From Octopus sinensis (lineage: Eukaryota), in assembly GCF_006345805.1 (NCBI RefSeq), contig NW_021828074.1:1-35441 (forward strand): a DNA stretch of 35,441 bases, written 5' to 3'. The notes under the pieces are model-generated. The model saw nothing but the letters and a program-made list of their open reading frames with translations. It did not search any database and had not been told where the DNA came from. The position numbers and the translations under genes were made by a program. The stretch's first letter is position 1. Each line of letters starts with the position of its first letter. Positions 22,532 to 32,622 of this stretch are shown one piece after another.

Positions 22532-23213
22532 TTAAATATCATTCATTGCTCTGTAAACTTGAATCTAGCTCAGTGATATATCGGTTAAATAATTATCATT
22601 TTCAATCATAACTACAAGTATTTTAGTTATGTTTTTGTACCCACTTCTTTTATTTAACTAGAATATAAGTACTAACTGATTGTCTTTTATATATATTGAC
22701 TATGAGACAAAACTTGTTGCTATAAAAAATATAATCATACAAGTAATAATCTTTGGGTGAAATATTCTCTGCTGAAACTTATGAGAATTGGAAAGATCTT
22801 ATGTTTCTAAGTTAAAAATTTCGAAAACATATTTCAAAAACTACTTAGCTTAGCTTGTTTCATTATCCATACCCGTTTATAAAATAATTACAAATAGCAT
22901 ATTTTTTAAAAACAGTTAAATATTAGTGTGGACAGTATGGAATATTTATCTTGTCTTTACTTTGCAGGACATCAAGATGTTTCAGTGACTGCCTTTCTAC
23001 TCAGCCAGTGTTAAACTGAAAACAATTAATCATTTAAACTCACTCAACATATAGCTGTTGTAGACATTGGGAGTGCTCAGTATAAGACCCAATCAAGAAC
23101 AAACTAAGAGAAATAATAAATATCTTAGAAAAGTATACACTCAAAGTGCTCAGCTGGTGTAACAAAATATGTCAAAGCATTTAAATGCATGCGTGCAAGA
23201 ACTATATAATAGA

Positions 23214-23608
23214 CTAGCAGTATCGCCCGGCGTTGCTCGGGTTTGTAAGGGAAATAACTATATAAGCATTTTTAGAGAGTTATAGCAAAAAATAGCAAAA
23301 AATGCATTAAAAATGGAAAAAAAATTATGGTAAATTTTTTTTTTAAATCGTTGACTCATCGTAGACATTTTTAGAGAGTTACTTCCCTTATATTTAAAAA
23401 AATATGCATTAAAATGGAAAAAAATGATGGTAAATTATTTTTAAAATCATAGACTCATTGTAGATGCGCGCTAATACCCAGAAGGGCTCGATATGAATCA
23501 CGACTATAAGATACCCGGTTTTGGTTAAACTGCACCGCAAAATGTGGGAGTAGTTAGGAATCTAAATTGTAGGAGACAGACACACAACTTCACTTTTATA
23601 TATAAAGA
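23214..23608 (-). mobile_element. Non-autonomous Helitron, same family as 18035-18335
   Basis: On the minus strand it has an A^TC start, a CTAG^T end and the subterminal palindrome. Confidence 0.85.
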
Positions 23609-24008
23609 TGTATATACAGGGATAAAGGCATTGCAATCTCGGTTCATGGAAGTTGCACTAAGTTTATACTGTTTTGCATAATTTAAATAAAAGTTACCAA
23701 AGAGAAATAATTCAGAAGGGCCAGAGACATGAATTTGAACAACATAGACAAATACAAGTATATCAAACATCAGACAACACAAATTCTTGATCTATTAATA
23801 TTATTTCCATCACTGGAGGATGTATCAGAATTACCAAATAGCAATTAAGACCAGCTCCTCTCGAGGAGGGGAGATAATAACAGGAATCAAGAGTTCTTCA
23901 AAGTCATGTTTCTGCCTATATGAGCATCATCAGCACACACTGCTTAAGTTCTTGGGTAGAAAATTGTCAGTTTCAAATATTAATATCTGAAATGGAAATA
24001 TCTAAATT

Positions 24009-24425
24009 TCTATTTCTTTATTGCCCACAAGGGGCTAAACACAGAGAGGACAAACAAGGATAGACAAACAGATTAAGTCGATTATATCGACTCCAGTGCG
24101 TAACTGGTACTTATTTAATCGACCCCGAAAGGATGAAAGGCAAAGTCGACCTTGGCGGAATTTGAACTCAGAACGTAGCGGCAGACGAAATACCTATTTC
24201 TTTACTACCCACAAGGGGCTAAACACAGAGGGGACAAACCAGGATAGACAAACAGATTAAGTCGATTATATCGACTCCAGTGCGTAACTGGTACTTATTT
24301 AATCGACCCCGAAAGGATGAAAGGCAAAGTCGACCTCGCCGGAATTTGAACTCGGAACGTAACGGCAGACGAAATACCGCTAAGCATTTCGCCCGGCGTG
24401 CTAACGTTTCTGCCAGCTCGCCGCC
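24009..24425 (-). mobile_element. Family B SINE, full copy followed by a tandem 5'-truncated second copy
   Basis: 24193-24425 is full length and 24009-24192 repeats its 3' roughly 185 bp. The junction lies at the shared GGTATTT motif. Confidence 0.9.
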
Positions 24426-24839
24426 TTTTTTCTACAAATTTCTACAAATCCAAAAGAATTTGTACACCCCTTACCCCTCTGCAAAGCAATAAAAATAAAT
24501 AAATGAAAATTGAAAACTCACAGGAAATTTTAAAATACAAGAAAAAAATAAAGTGTTCCCACTAATCCTACTCTCACTGCTACCTTAAGCAAAAAAAAAA
24601 GAAAAGAAATAAAAATACGATAAAGAAATAAATAACAAAACAATTAAACTGGATTGAACTGTATGAAGCAATCAGTTCTGGTCCATCCTCATCATGTAAT
24701 ATTTTAGTTTATTTGTTGTTTTTGTTTTTGTTTTTGTTGTTGTTGTTGCTTGTTTTCCATAATTTCATAGAATTCTTCTTGATAAGAATCAACTGTGCAA
24801 ACAACAGCTTCCAGTACCATTTCAGATTCCAGTGTACAG

Positions 24840-25975
24840 ATGTGTGTGTGTATGCTTGTGTGTGTGTGTGTGTGTGTGCATGTATGTGTGTGTGTGTGTG
24901 TGTGTGTATGTGTGCGTGTGTGTGTGTGTGTGTATCTGCTCTTTATGCTTATGCATTTGTCTGCTTGTATATGCATGTGTGTGAGTGTATCTGTGTGTAT
25001 ATGTATGCTTGTGTGTGTGTGTGTGTGTGTGTATGTATGCTTGTGTGTGTGTGAGAGAAAGGGAAAGGTAGAATGCACATGTGTGTGTATATGTATCTGT
25101 GAGTGTGTATGTATATGTATCTGTGAGTGTGTGTGTATGTATCTGTGAGTGTGTGTGTGTATATATATCTGTGAGTGTGTGTGTATATATATCTGTGAGT
25201 GTGTGTGTATATGTATCTGTGAGTGTGTGTGTATATGTATTTGTGAGTGTGTGTGTATATGTATCTGTGAGTGTGTATGTATATGTATCTGTGATGTGTG
25301 TGTATATGTATGCTTGTGTGTGTGTGAGAGAGAAAGGGAAAGATAGAATGTGCATGTGTGTGTATATGTATCTGTGAGTGTGTGTGTGTATCTGCTCTGT
25401 ATGCTTATGTATTTGTCTGCTTGTGTATGCATGTGTGTGTGTGTGAGTGTGTCTGTGTGTATATGTATGTGCATGTGTGTGTGTCTATGTTTGTGTGTAA
25501 GAATATGTGTGTGTGTGTGTGTGTGCATGCATATGCTTTTATACGTGTGTTGTCTGTATGCATGCTGGTGTGTGTGTATGTATACTTGTATGTGTGTATG
25601 TGCATACATATGTCTGTGTGCACTCCTTTGTGTGTGTGTGTGTGGGAGGGGGGCATGTGCATGCACTCCTCTGAGTGTGTGTATGTGTGTCTGTATACAC
25701 TTCTGTGTGTGTGTATGCATCTGTGTGCATTCCTCTGTGTTTGTATATGTCTGTCAGCTCTCTTGTCTGTGTGTGTGTATGTGTGAACTCCTCTGTGTAT
25801 GTTTGTGCACGCATGTGCATTTGTGCACATATGTGCATTTGTACAGGTATGTGCATTTTTGCATGTATGTGCATTTGTGCATGTGTGTAGGTGTGCATGC
25901 ATGTGTGTATGTGTGCATGCATGTGTATATGTGTGTATGTGTATGTGTGTGTGTGTGTGTGTGTGTGCATGCAGG
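24840..25975. repeat. About 1.1-kb (TG)n-derived cryptic array with roughly 24-bp and 18-bp minisatellite units
   Basis: GTGTATATGTATCTGTGAGT(GT)n repeats across about 25083-25295, and GTGCATTTGTGCA..TAT-type units lie at about 25815-25885. Confidence 0.92.
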
Positions 25976-26456
25976 CATGTAAAAGAGAAAGAAAAAGACA
26001 GCCACTTAATTTCATTAAAAAATCCAGACGTAGTGTTGCTGAGCAACGTCTTATACTTCTAATTCCTCTTCCTGTTTCTTCCTCCTTTTTTGTCTCTTCA
26101 GTATTATTTCCCCATACTAAGAATTCATATTATCTAGCATGGATCAGGTTTGTTGACAACATGGCCAAATGTCTGTGTATACATGGTTGTTGATGCACAT
26201 GTACATGTGTGTGTGTGTGTGTGAGAGAGCGAGAGGGAGTGAGAGAGGGAGAGAGAGGAAGAGAGAATAAGTGTATGTGTTTGTATATGCATGTGTATGT
26301 ATATATGTATATATGAATGTTTATATATATATATATATATGGTTACACACACACACATGTATGGGCGTGTATATATATATATAAATATATATGTATGTAT
26401 GTAGTATGTATGTATGTATGTATGTATGTATGTGTGTATGTATGTGTGTGTGTATG

Positions 26457-26489
<33 letters not shown>

Positions 26490-26779
26490 GTGTGTATGTA
26501 TGTATGTATGTATGTATGTATCATATATTGTATGTAAGGATACACATCATAAAAGAACAGCATGGACTAAGCAGAGCAGGAGTACACATGAGGACATAAT
26601 GTGTTGCTGAAGAGGTCACAGATGTGTGACAAAAGATCTCTGGACAATGGACATGAGTTGGAATAAGATTAGCAATAAACGAGTGAGAATGAATATATAG
26701 TGTATGTGTTTATTTGGCAAAAAAGAAAAAAAAATTGACTATCCTGAAATACAACAATATACATACATACATACATATA

Positions 26780-26834
<55 letters not shown>

Positions 26835-26855
26835 TGTATGTATATATATGTTTAC

Positions 26856-27111
26856 CTCCTCTTGCACTCTCCTGTCTTTGAAAGAACTTTTCTTCACCCA
26901 TTCCCTTCCGGTCATTCAAAATGTGACCGCATGTGTACCGTTAGTGATTTTTTTTCCTCTGTCTTCCCTTCTCTGGATCTTTCCTTTTCCTATGTTTCTG
27001 ACGAAGAGCTCTGCTCGAAACGTTAAACCCCCTTCTTCCCTTCCTTCCTGAGCGTCCAATAATACTATATTTGTTCCACGTCCTTGCGTTGTTGTGTTTT
27101 CATGTTTGGTT

Positions 27112-27117
<6 letters not shown>
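26856..27117 (+). mobile_element. PLE-like pLTR remnant carrying a minimal HHR
   Basis: Homologous to 11296-11473 and flanked by (TA)n. The 5' boundary is approximate. Confidence 0.7.
26994..27028 (+). ncRNA. Minimal (dimer-type) type I hammerhead motif
   Basis: GUUU-CUGACGA-A-GAGC-UCU-GCUC-GAAA-CGU-U-AAAC: 4-bp stem I, 4-bp stem II and a loopless palindromic ACGU stem III. Confidence 0.7.
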
Positions 27118-27139
<22 letters not shown>

Positions 27140-27147
<8 letters not shown>

Positions 27148-27700
27148 AATTGAGATAGGGGTTGTAAATGCAACCCTCCATGGAATAACATATATCCAAT
27201 ATACTGCTAATGAGGTACCCAACAAAGTTAATACATAAATGTCAAGAATTGCGATGCAATTTATTCATTTACTGTATTATATGGGCAAAGGTAAAATGTT
27301 TTACCACAAATTCATAATACAAAATAAGAAAATGGAGAAATACATCCAAATCAAATATCAACTACCAGATAACACCCAATCACATACTTTATTAAACCAC
27401 TACATAAGAAACTTTAAGGTCAAACATAATAATATAGAACAAAACAGTGTACATAAAGGAGTAATATGATATAATGAGTACAATATGTATAAGAGAATGT
27501 AAATATAAATAGATATAAATATAAATATAAACTACATCTTACAGCTGTTTCGGCCATGCAGATAAGTATGTCTCATTTTACTTATATTAGCCATGTGTGG
27601 TAGGTCAATATGTAGTTATAAATGAGACATTTACAAAAATATCCTAAGGCCTCCTCAGAGATTATGAAATACAAACCAAATTATATATATACTCATATAA
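27140..27700 (-). mobile_element. PLE-like pLTR remnant containing a canonical HHR
   Basis: The HHR is followed on the minus strand by about 400 bp of AT-rich sequence ending at (TA)n. Boundaries are approximate. Confidence 0.55.
27536..27662 (-). ncRNA. Canonical type I hammerhead ribozyme
   Basis: Minus strand reads AUCU-CUGAGGA-GGCC-(92 nt)-GGCC-GAAA-CAGCUG-UA-AGAU. All core positions are intact and ACAGCUGU is palindromic. Predicted cut lies between 27540 and 27539. Confidence 0.85.
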
Positions 27701-28249
27701 GTGTGGGTACATACCCATAATAAATCATATACATATACATATGAGTGCATATACTCATACTCCTATACATATACATATACATATACATAATAATATAAAT
27801 AATATAAATCAATAAACATACATATGTTCCATATTCAATGTTACAGTTTTTCAACTTAATATTATGATACCACAATGTAGAAAACATACACATATTAATA
27901 CCCAAATGCAGATATACAGAGTCAAGAGTACATTATATTAATTTATATTAATTTACAAAATGTCATTAATGTTAACATCATTACTATTATCATTACCACT
28001 AATGCTACCAATATCATTATTCCTATTATTAATAACACTAATACTAGCTAAACAATATATAGATCACATTATTAGCAATATAATAGTAAGACCAAGGACC
28101 ACAATAGTACTACAGTACCATGCAAAGCATTAAATATCTGCATATACATACAAAATAAGTAATAAAAGCATTCAGTTTACATATTAAGTTCCACAGGTGT
28201 ATAGATGTACATACGAGTGCAAATTTATAATTTCAATTGTCACAATTTG

Positions 28250-28397
28250 TGGAAAACAAACAGATGTATTAGTATAACGCACAGGAATTAAGAAAGTCTT
28301 TTACGTTTCGAGCCTACGCTCTTCTACAGAAATGAACACAGAAAGAAACAAGGAGAGAGACGAGAGAAAAAAAATGTATGTAGTGGCTACTGATCTA
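28250..28397 (-). mobile_element. PLE-like pLTR remnant with HHR-like motif at 28298-28332
   Basis: Minus strand reads TTT-CTGTAGA-A-GAGC-GTAG-GCTC-GAAA-CGT-A-AAAGA. Homologous to 16208-16409. Confidence 0.7.
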
Positions 28398-28602
28398 TGA
28401 CCTACTAATATATTATTTATCCTTCACTGAACAGACCACTTTTTTTTTTATCTTACCTTAATGGAAATGTAAACGATATATCTAGATACATGTGGATCAC
28501 ATCAGACTTGAATCTAAAACATGTCCTTCACCATCACTCTACATACTCCCATCACCTCCATGACACCTAGTATTGATATCCATCATCCACATTACTATCC
28601 AT

Positions 28603-28720
28603 TACTCTTTTACTTGTTTCAGCAATTTGACTGCGGTCATGCTGGAGCACCACCTTTAGTCGAACAAATTGACCCCAGAACTTATTCTTTGTAAGCCTAG
28701 TACTTATTCTATTGGTCTCT
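28603..28720 (-). mobile_element. Family A SINE 3' fragment
   Basis: TTACTCTTTTACTTGTTTCAGCAATTTGACTGCGGTCATGCTGGAGCACC. Confidence 0.85.
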
Positions 28721-28890
28721 TTTGTTTAAATCTTTTGCTACCATTACTCTCTCATCCTTTCTTCCACTCTCTTTTATTCCAATTATGCTGTTTCTCTCCT
28801 CATACTTTTTGTTCTTCTCTCCATCATCTCTTTGTTCCTCATCCTACATTTAATCATCACTTCAGCTATGTAGGTGCTGAGTAAACGAAA

Positions 28891-29287
28891 TCTTTATATA
28901 TAAAAGTGAAGTTGTGTGTCTGTCTCCTACGATTTAGATTCCTAACTACTCCCACATTTTGCGGTGCAGTTTAACCAAAACCGGGTATCTTATAGTCGTG
29001 ATTCATATCGAGCCCTTCTGGGTATTAGTGCGCGTCTACGATGAGTCTACGATTTAAAAAAAAATTTATCATCATTTTTTTCCATTTTAATGCATTTTTT
29101 TCGATATTATATAAGGGAAGTAACTCTCTAAAAATGTCTACGATGAGTCAACGATTAAAAAAAAAGTTACCATCAATTTTTTCCATTTTTAATGCATTTT
29201 TTTGCTATTTTTTGGCTATAACTCTCTAAAAATGCTTATATAGTTATTTCCCTTACAAACCCGAGCAACCCCGGGCGATACTGCGAG
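28891..29287 (+). mobile_element. Non-autonomous Helitron, same family as 18035-18335
   Basis: A^TC start. The 3' end CGAG^T is a variant of CTAG and follows the palindrome. Confidence 0.85.
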
Positions 29288-29939
29288 TACATTATAAAGC
29301 AACGCAGACTGTCAAATCTTACAAAGTACAAGGCAACCCCACTCATGTTGGTGTCAGCATAATTCCCCACAAGACATTCTGTAAAGGGATTGGAGAGAGC
29401 AAGAATAGATGTGGAATCAAGAAGACTCTTTCATCTAGTTGAGAACATGGTAGTTTCTTTAGAGGAGGTGCCATGTTAAAATTCAGTCAGTACATTCTGT
29501 TAAGTGTTGGGGGTTGAGTGGACTCTTAAGGCTTGTTGAGAGTATGACAATTTCTCAAGTGCTGGTACTATGATAAACTGTCCCTGGTAGTCTGCAAAGT
29601 AGTTGGCATCAGGAAGGACATCCAGCCATAGAAACCAAGCCACAAACATGAAGTATACAAGCAAGATGTAGTCCCCTGACCTTCTAAGAGAGCAGTAACT
29701 CCAAATAAAAACTCATCTAGATTCTCTCTGTCCGTCTGTCTCCCCACTTCTCTCTCTGTTTTGTTATGTACATTTACATTATTTAAGAGAACCATTCCTT
29801 CTTTAAAATCAAGGTGTAATTTAGCTGCAATATCTAGCAGTTTGAGAAACTGTTTATAGGCTTCTCAATGGCTTTGTTCAAAAAGGGAAATGGCTATAAT
29901 TGTGGATAGGTAAGCTCTGTTTGAGATCGTTTTTATCAC

Positions 29940-30085
29940 TACTACTGCTCTTGCCATTGCTGCTGTTGCTCTTGCTGTTGCTGCTGCTGCTTCAGCTGCT
30001 GTTGTTGTTGCTACTGATGCTACTGCTGTTGCTGCTGCTTTTGCTGCTGCTGTTGCTCTTACTACTGCTGCAGCGTTTGCTGCTA
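29940..30085. repeat. (CTG/TTG/CTA)n cryptic trinucleotide repeat
   Basis: Read directly from the sequence. Confidence 0.9.
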
Positions 30086-30647
30086 CTAAGCTCTCAATTA
30101 ACCCTGACTGAATAAACCTATGATCAAACGTCTTCCAGCCATCTTATTTTTTGTTGCAGTAGGGTGTTACTGGAGGGAAATTTGGCTGCTATTTCTAACC
30201 AAGAGAGAGACTTCAAAGAGGTTTCCTATTAGGTACAAGAAATGAAATAATTAGAAATAATTAAGTTATAATTTGATATAATTAGATTATCCCTATTAGA
30301 TATGTGAAATGTGTCAGAAAAGAAATGAGAATTGTGAAGTTTGAAAATATTTCCAAAAGCATAATAGACTTAAGACTACATTTTTAATATTTTTTAACTT
30401 TTAATGTTTTTCTATTGCTTTTTTATTAGAGGGCATATAAGATGTTTTTTGGTTTTTTTCCCCCCCAAAAATGTAGCTCAAAAAATCACCCCAGGTCCTT
30501 TATGTGAAGTTAGGCTTCCCATATGCTTTAATGCACTCAAAAAACTTTTTTTCTCCCTAATATGTACTACTGAATTTGGGGTGAGACTAATAAACCCATG
30601 CATCTTTCATGACATCAAATACAGTATTTATTTATTTATTTATTTAT

Positions 30648-30860
30648 TACCTCTGCCTCGGCGAAGGTAGAGGTATTGTCTTCAGTCGTGTTTGTTTGTT
30701 TGTCCATGGACAAGATATCTCAAGAACCATTGGATGGAATCAGATGAAACTATTAGAGATATTTGGCCTTGCAACTGGCACAAAGTGATTAGATTTGGGG
30801 ATCAATTCGGTATTGGACAAGGATTCTGGATTATTTTTCTGATTTTTTCACTTAATTTTT
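30648..30860 (+). mobile_element. Probable Helentron/DINE-1-like (HINE) 5' fragment
   Basis: Hairpin TACCTCTGCC/GGTAGAGGTA (30648-30675), then (TTTG)n and GATATCTCAAGAACC...ATGAAACT. This layout matches DINE-1-like elements as I recall them. Confidence 0.55.
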
Positions 30861-31132
30861 GGCTTCTGTGCCGGTAGGACATAAAAAAAAGCACCAACCG
30901 ATCGTGGCCGATGCCAGACCCCTCTGGCACCTGTGCAGGTGGCACGTAAAAAGCACCCACTACACTCGCGGAGTGGTTGGCGTTAGAAAGGGCATCCAGC
31001 TGTAGAAACACTGCCAGACCAGACTAGAGCCTGGGGCAGCCCCTGGCTCCCCAGACCCCGGTCGAACCATCCAACCTGTGCTAGCGCGGAAAACAGACGT
31101 TAAACGATGATGATGATGATGATGATGATGAT
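30861..31132 (+). mobile_element. Family C retroposon 3' fragment, (GAT)n tail
   Basis: Carries the diagnostic motifs and a (GAT)n tail. Confidence 0.85.
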
Positions 31133-31312
31133 TTGTGAGAACACTTGAGTTTATTTCAGATATTCTCATTTTAAAAATCATCTCCTGCTAATCATGGAGA
31201 GGATGTTGATGTTGCCTTGGTGAAGATTTTCACTCACTGTTTAAATAAACTCTTGTTTATTTATTTATTTGCGATTACAGTTCGATATTTCTGAGACGAG
31301 GAATTTGTTATA

Positions 31313-31609
31313 CAGGGTGGGCCAAAATTTATGCACCAAAATCTTCAATGCATTCCAGAATTATCAAAAGTATGCTTCTATTTTAGTAAAACTGAATGAA
31401 ATAATAATGAATATACATGTACTTGTACCTGATGGACAAAATGAATAATAACAATAATAATAATAATAATAGTAATAATCCTTTCTACTAAAGGTACAAG
31501 GCCTGAAATTTGTGGAGAGGGGTCTTGTCAATTACATCGCCCCTAGTGTTTCACTGGTACTTAATTTCATTGACCCCAAAAGGTAAAGTCGATTTTGGTG
31601 GAATTTGGA

Positions 31610-31669
<60 letters not shown>

Positions 31670-31744
31670 CAACAAGAACAACAATAATAATAATAACTAT
31701 ATTAAATGCTAAATGTTTTGGTGCGTAACTTTTGGCCCACCCTG
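31313..31744. mobile_element. Tc1/mariner-type MITE with nested SINE fragment and (AAT)n
   Basis: TA flanks and about 29-bp TIRs, CAGGGTGGGCCAAAA...GCACCAAAA. A family B-related fragment lies at about 31480-31610. Confidence 0.85.
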
Positions 31745-31782
31745 TATATTAGTCAGTGTGGTGTTCTTTGTCTTATTTCTTT

Positions 31783-31824
31783 CACTACATTTCACTTGTT
31801 GTATGCTCCAGCCTTCTTCAGGTG
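31783..31824 (-). ncRNA. Decayed HHR motif
   Basis: Minus strand reads CAC-CUGAAGA-A-GGCUG...GAAA-UGU-A-GUG. Stem II is eroded. Confidence 0.45.
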
Positions 31825-32127
31825 TATCATGATTCCCTTTGTGACTGCACAGTATTTCAGCACCTTTATCCTCTACACCATTACACTATACCCGTGAGCA
31901 TAAGGGTTCATTCTGACATTGCCTATGGACATAGCTTGGTAAATAAAGGCACTGAAATGCTGTACAGTCTCCAAAAGGAAGATTTGTCTTATTTTTTTTT
32001 TGTACTAGCTGAATAGCCTACTGTTGCTGGACAATTTTTACAATAGAATGTCTTATATAAATTTTTGTGAATCACTAATGTAAATCACAAGACACTTGAA
32101 GAAGTTTGAAATGTGCACACCTGAAAC

Positions 32128-32170
<43 letters not shown>

Positions 32171-32478
32171 GTTTAACATCCGTTCTCCATGCTAGCATGG
32201 GTTGGACGGTTCGACCAGGGATCTGGGAAGCCAGAAGGCTGCACCAGGCTCCAGTCTGATCTGGCAGTGTTTCTACAGCTGGATGCCCTTCCTAACACCA
32301 ACCACTCCGTGAGTATAGTGGGTGCTTTTTACGTGCCACCTGCTCAGGTGCCAGGCGATGCTGGCAACGGCCACGATCAGATTGGTGCATTTTACGTGCC
32401 ACCAGCACAGAAGCCAGTCAAGGTGGCGCTGGCATCGGCCACGATTCGGATGGTGCTTTTTATGTGCCACCAGCACGG
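32128..32478 (-). mobile_element. Family C retroposon 3' fragment
   Basis: Reverse complement of the 3' part of 32623-33696, with a (CAT)n tail at 32128-32171. Confidence 0.88.
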
Positions 32479-32622
32479 AAATGTAGTGAAAAGTAACAAC
32501 CAAGATGAGGACACCACTCCGACTAATACATAATATATCTATTTGCTGTTCTAAGTATTTACCTTGCTTTGTGCTGTTTATTCTATTTACATTGATGCAA
32601 CCAAAGCTTTTCAACAGTTATC

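Noticed and set aside
23902-23936. Minus-strand CUGAUGA-UGCU...GGCA-GAAA-CAUG hammerhead-like core
   Set aside because: There is no U16.1 and at most 1 bp of stem I, so it cannot be distinguished from chance.
24704-26062. Many long overlapping ORFs (HT-, CV- and VC-rich, up to 338 aa)
   Set aside because: They are stop-free readings of a (TG)n-derived array and are open in several frames at once.
26607-26640. CTGAAGA followed by a GTCAC/GTGAC hairpin
   Set aside because: It is followed by AAAA rather than GAAA and has no stem I or III.
29900-30115. Poly-Leu or poly-Gln coding repeat
   Set aside because: It is a cryptic CTG/TTG repeat. The minus-strand Gln frame has TAG stops and no exon context.
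2830-31824. Classical tandem retrozyme (circRNA-producing) array
   Set aside because: The HHRs occur as solo or inverted copies. I saw no direct tandem of HHR-bearing units a few hundred bp apart.
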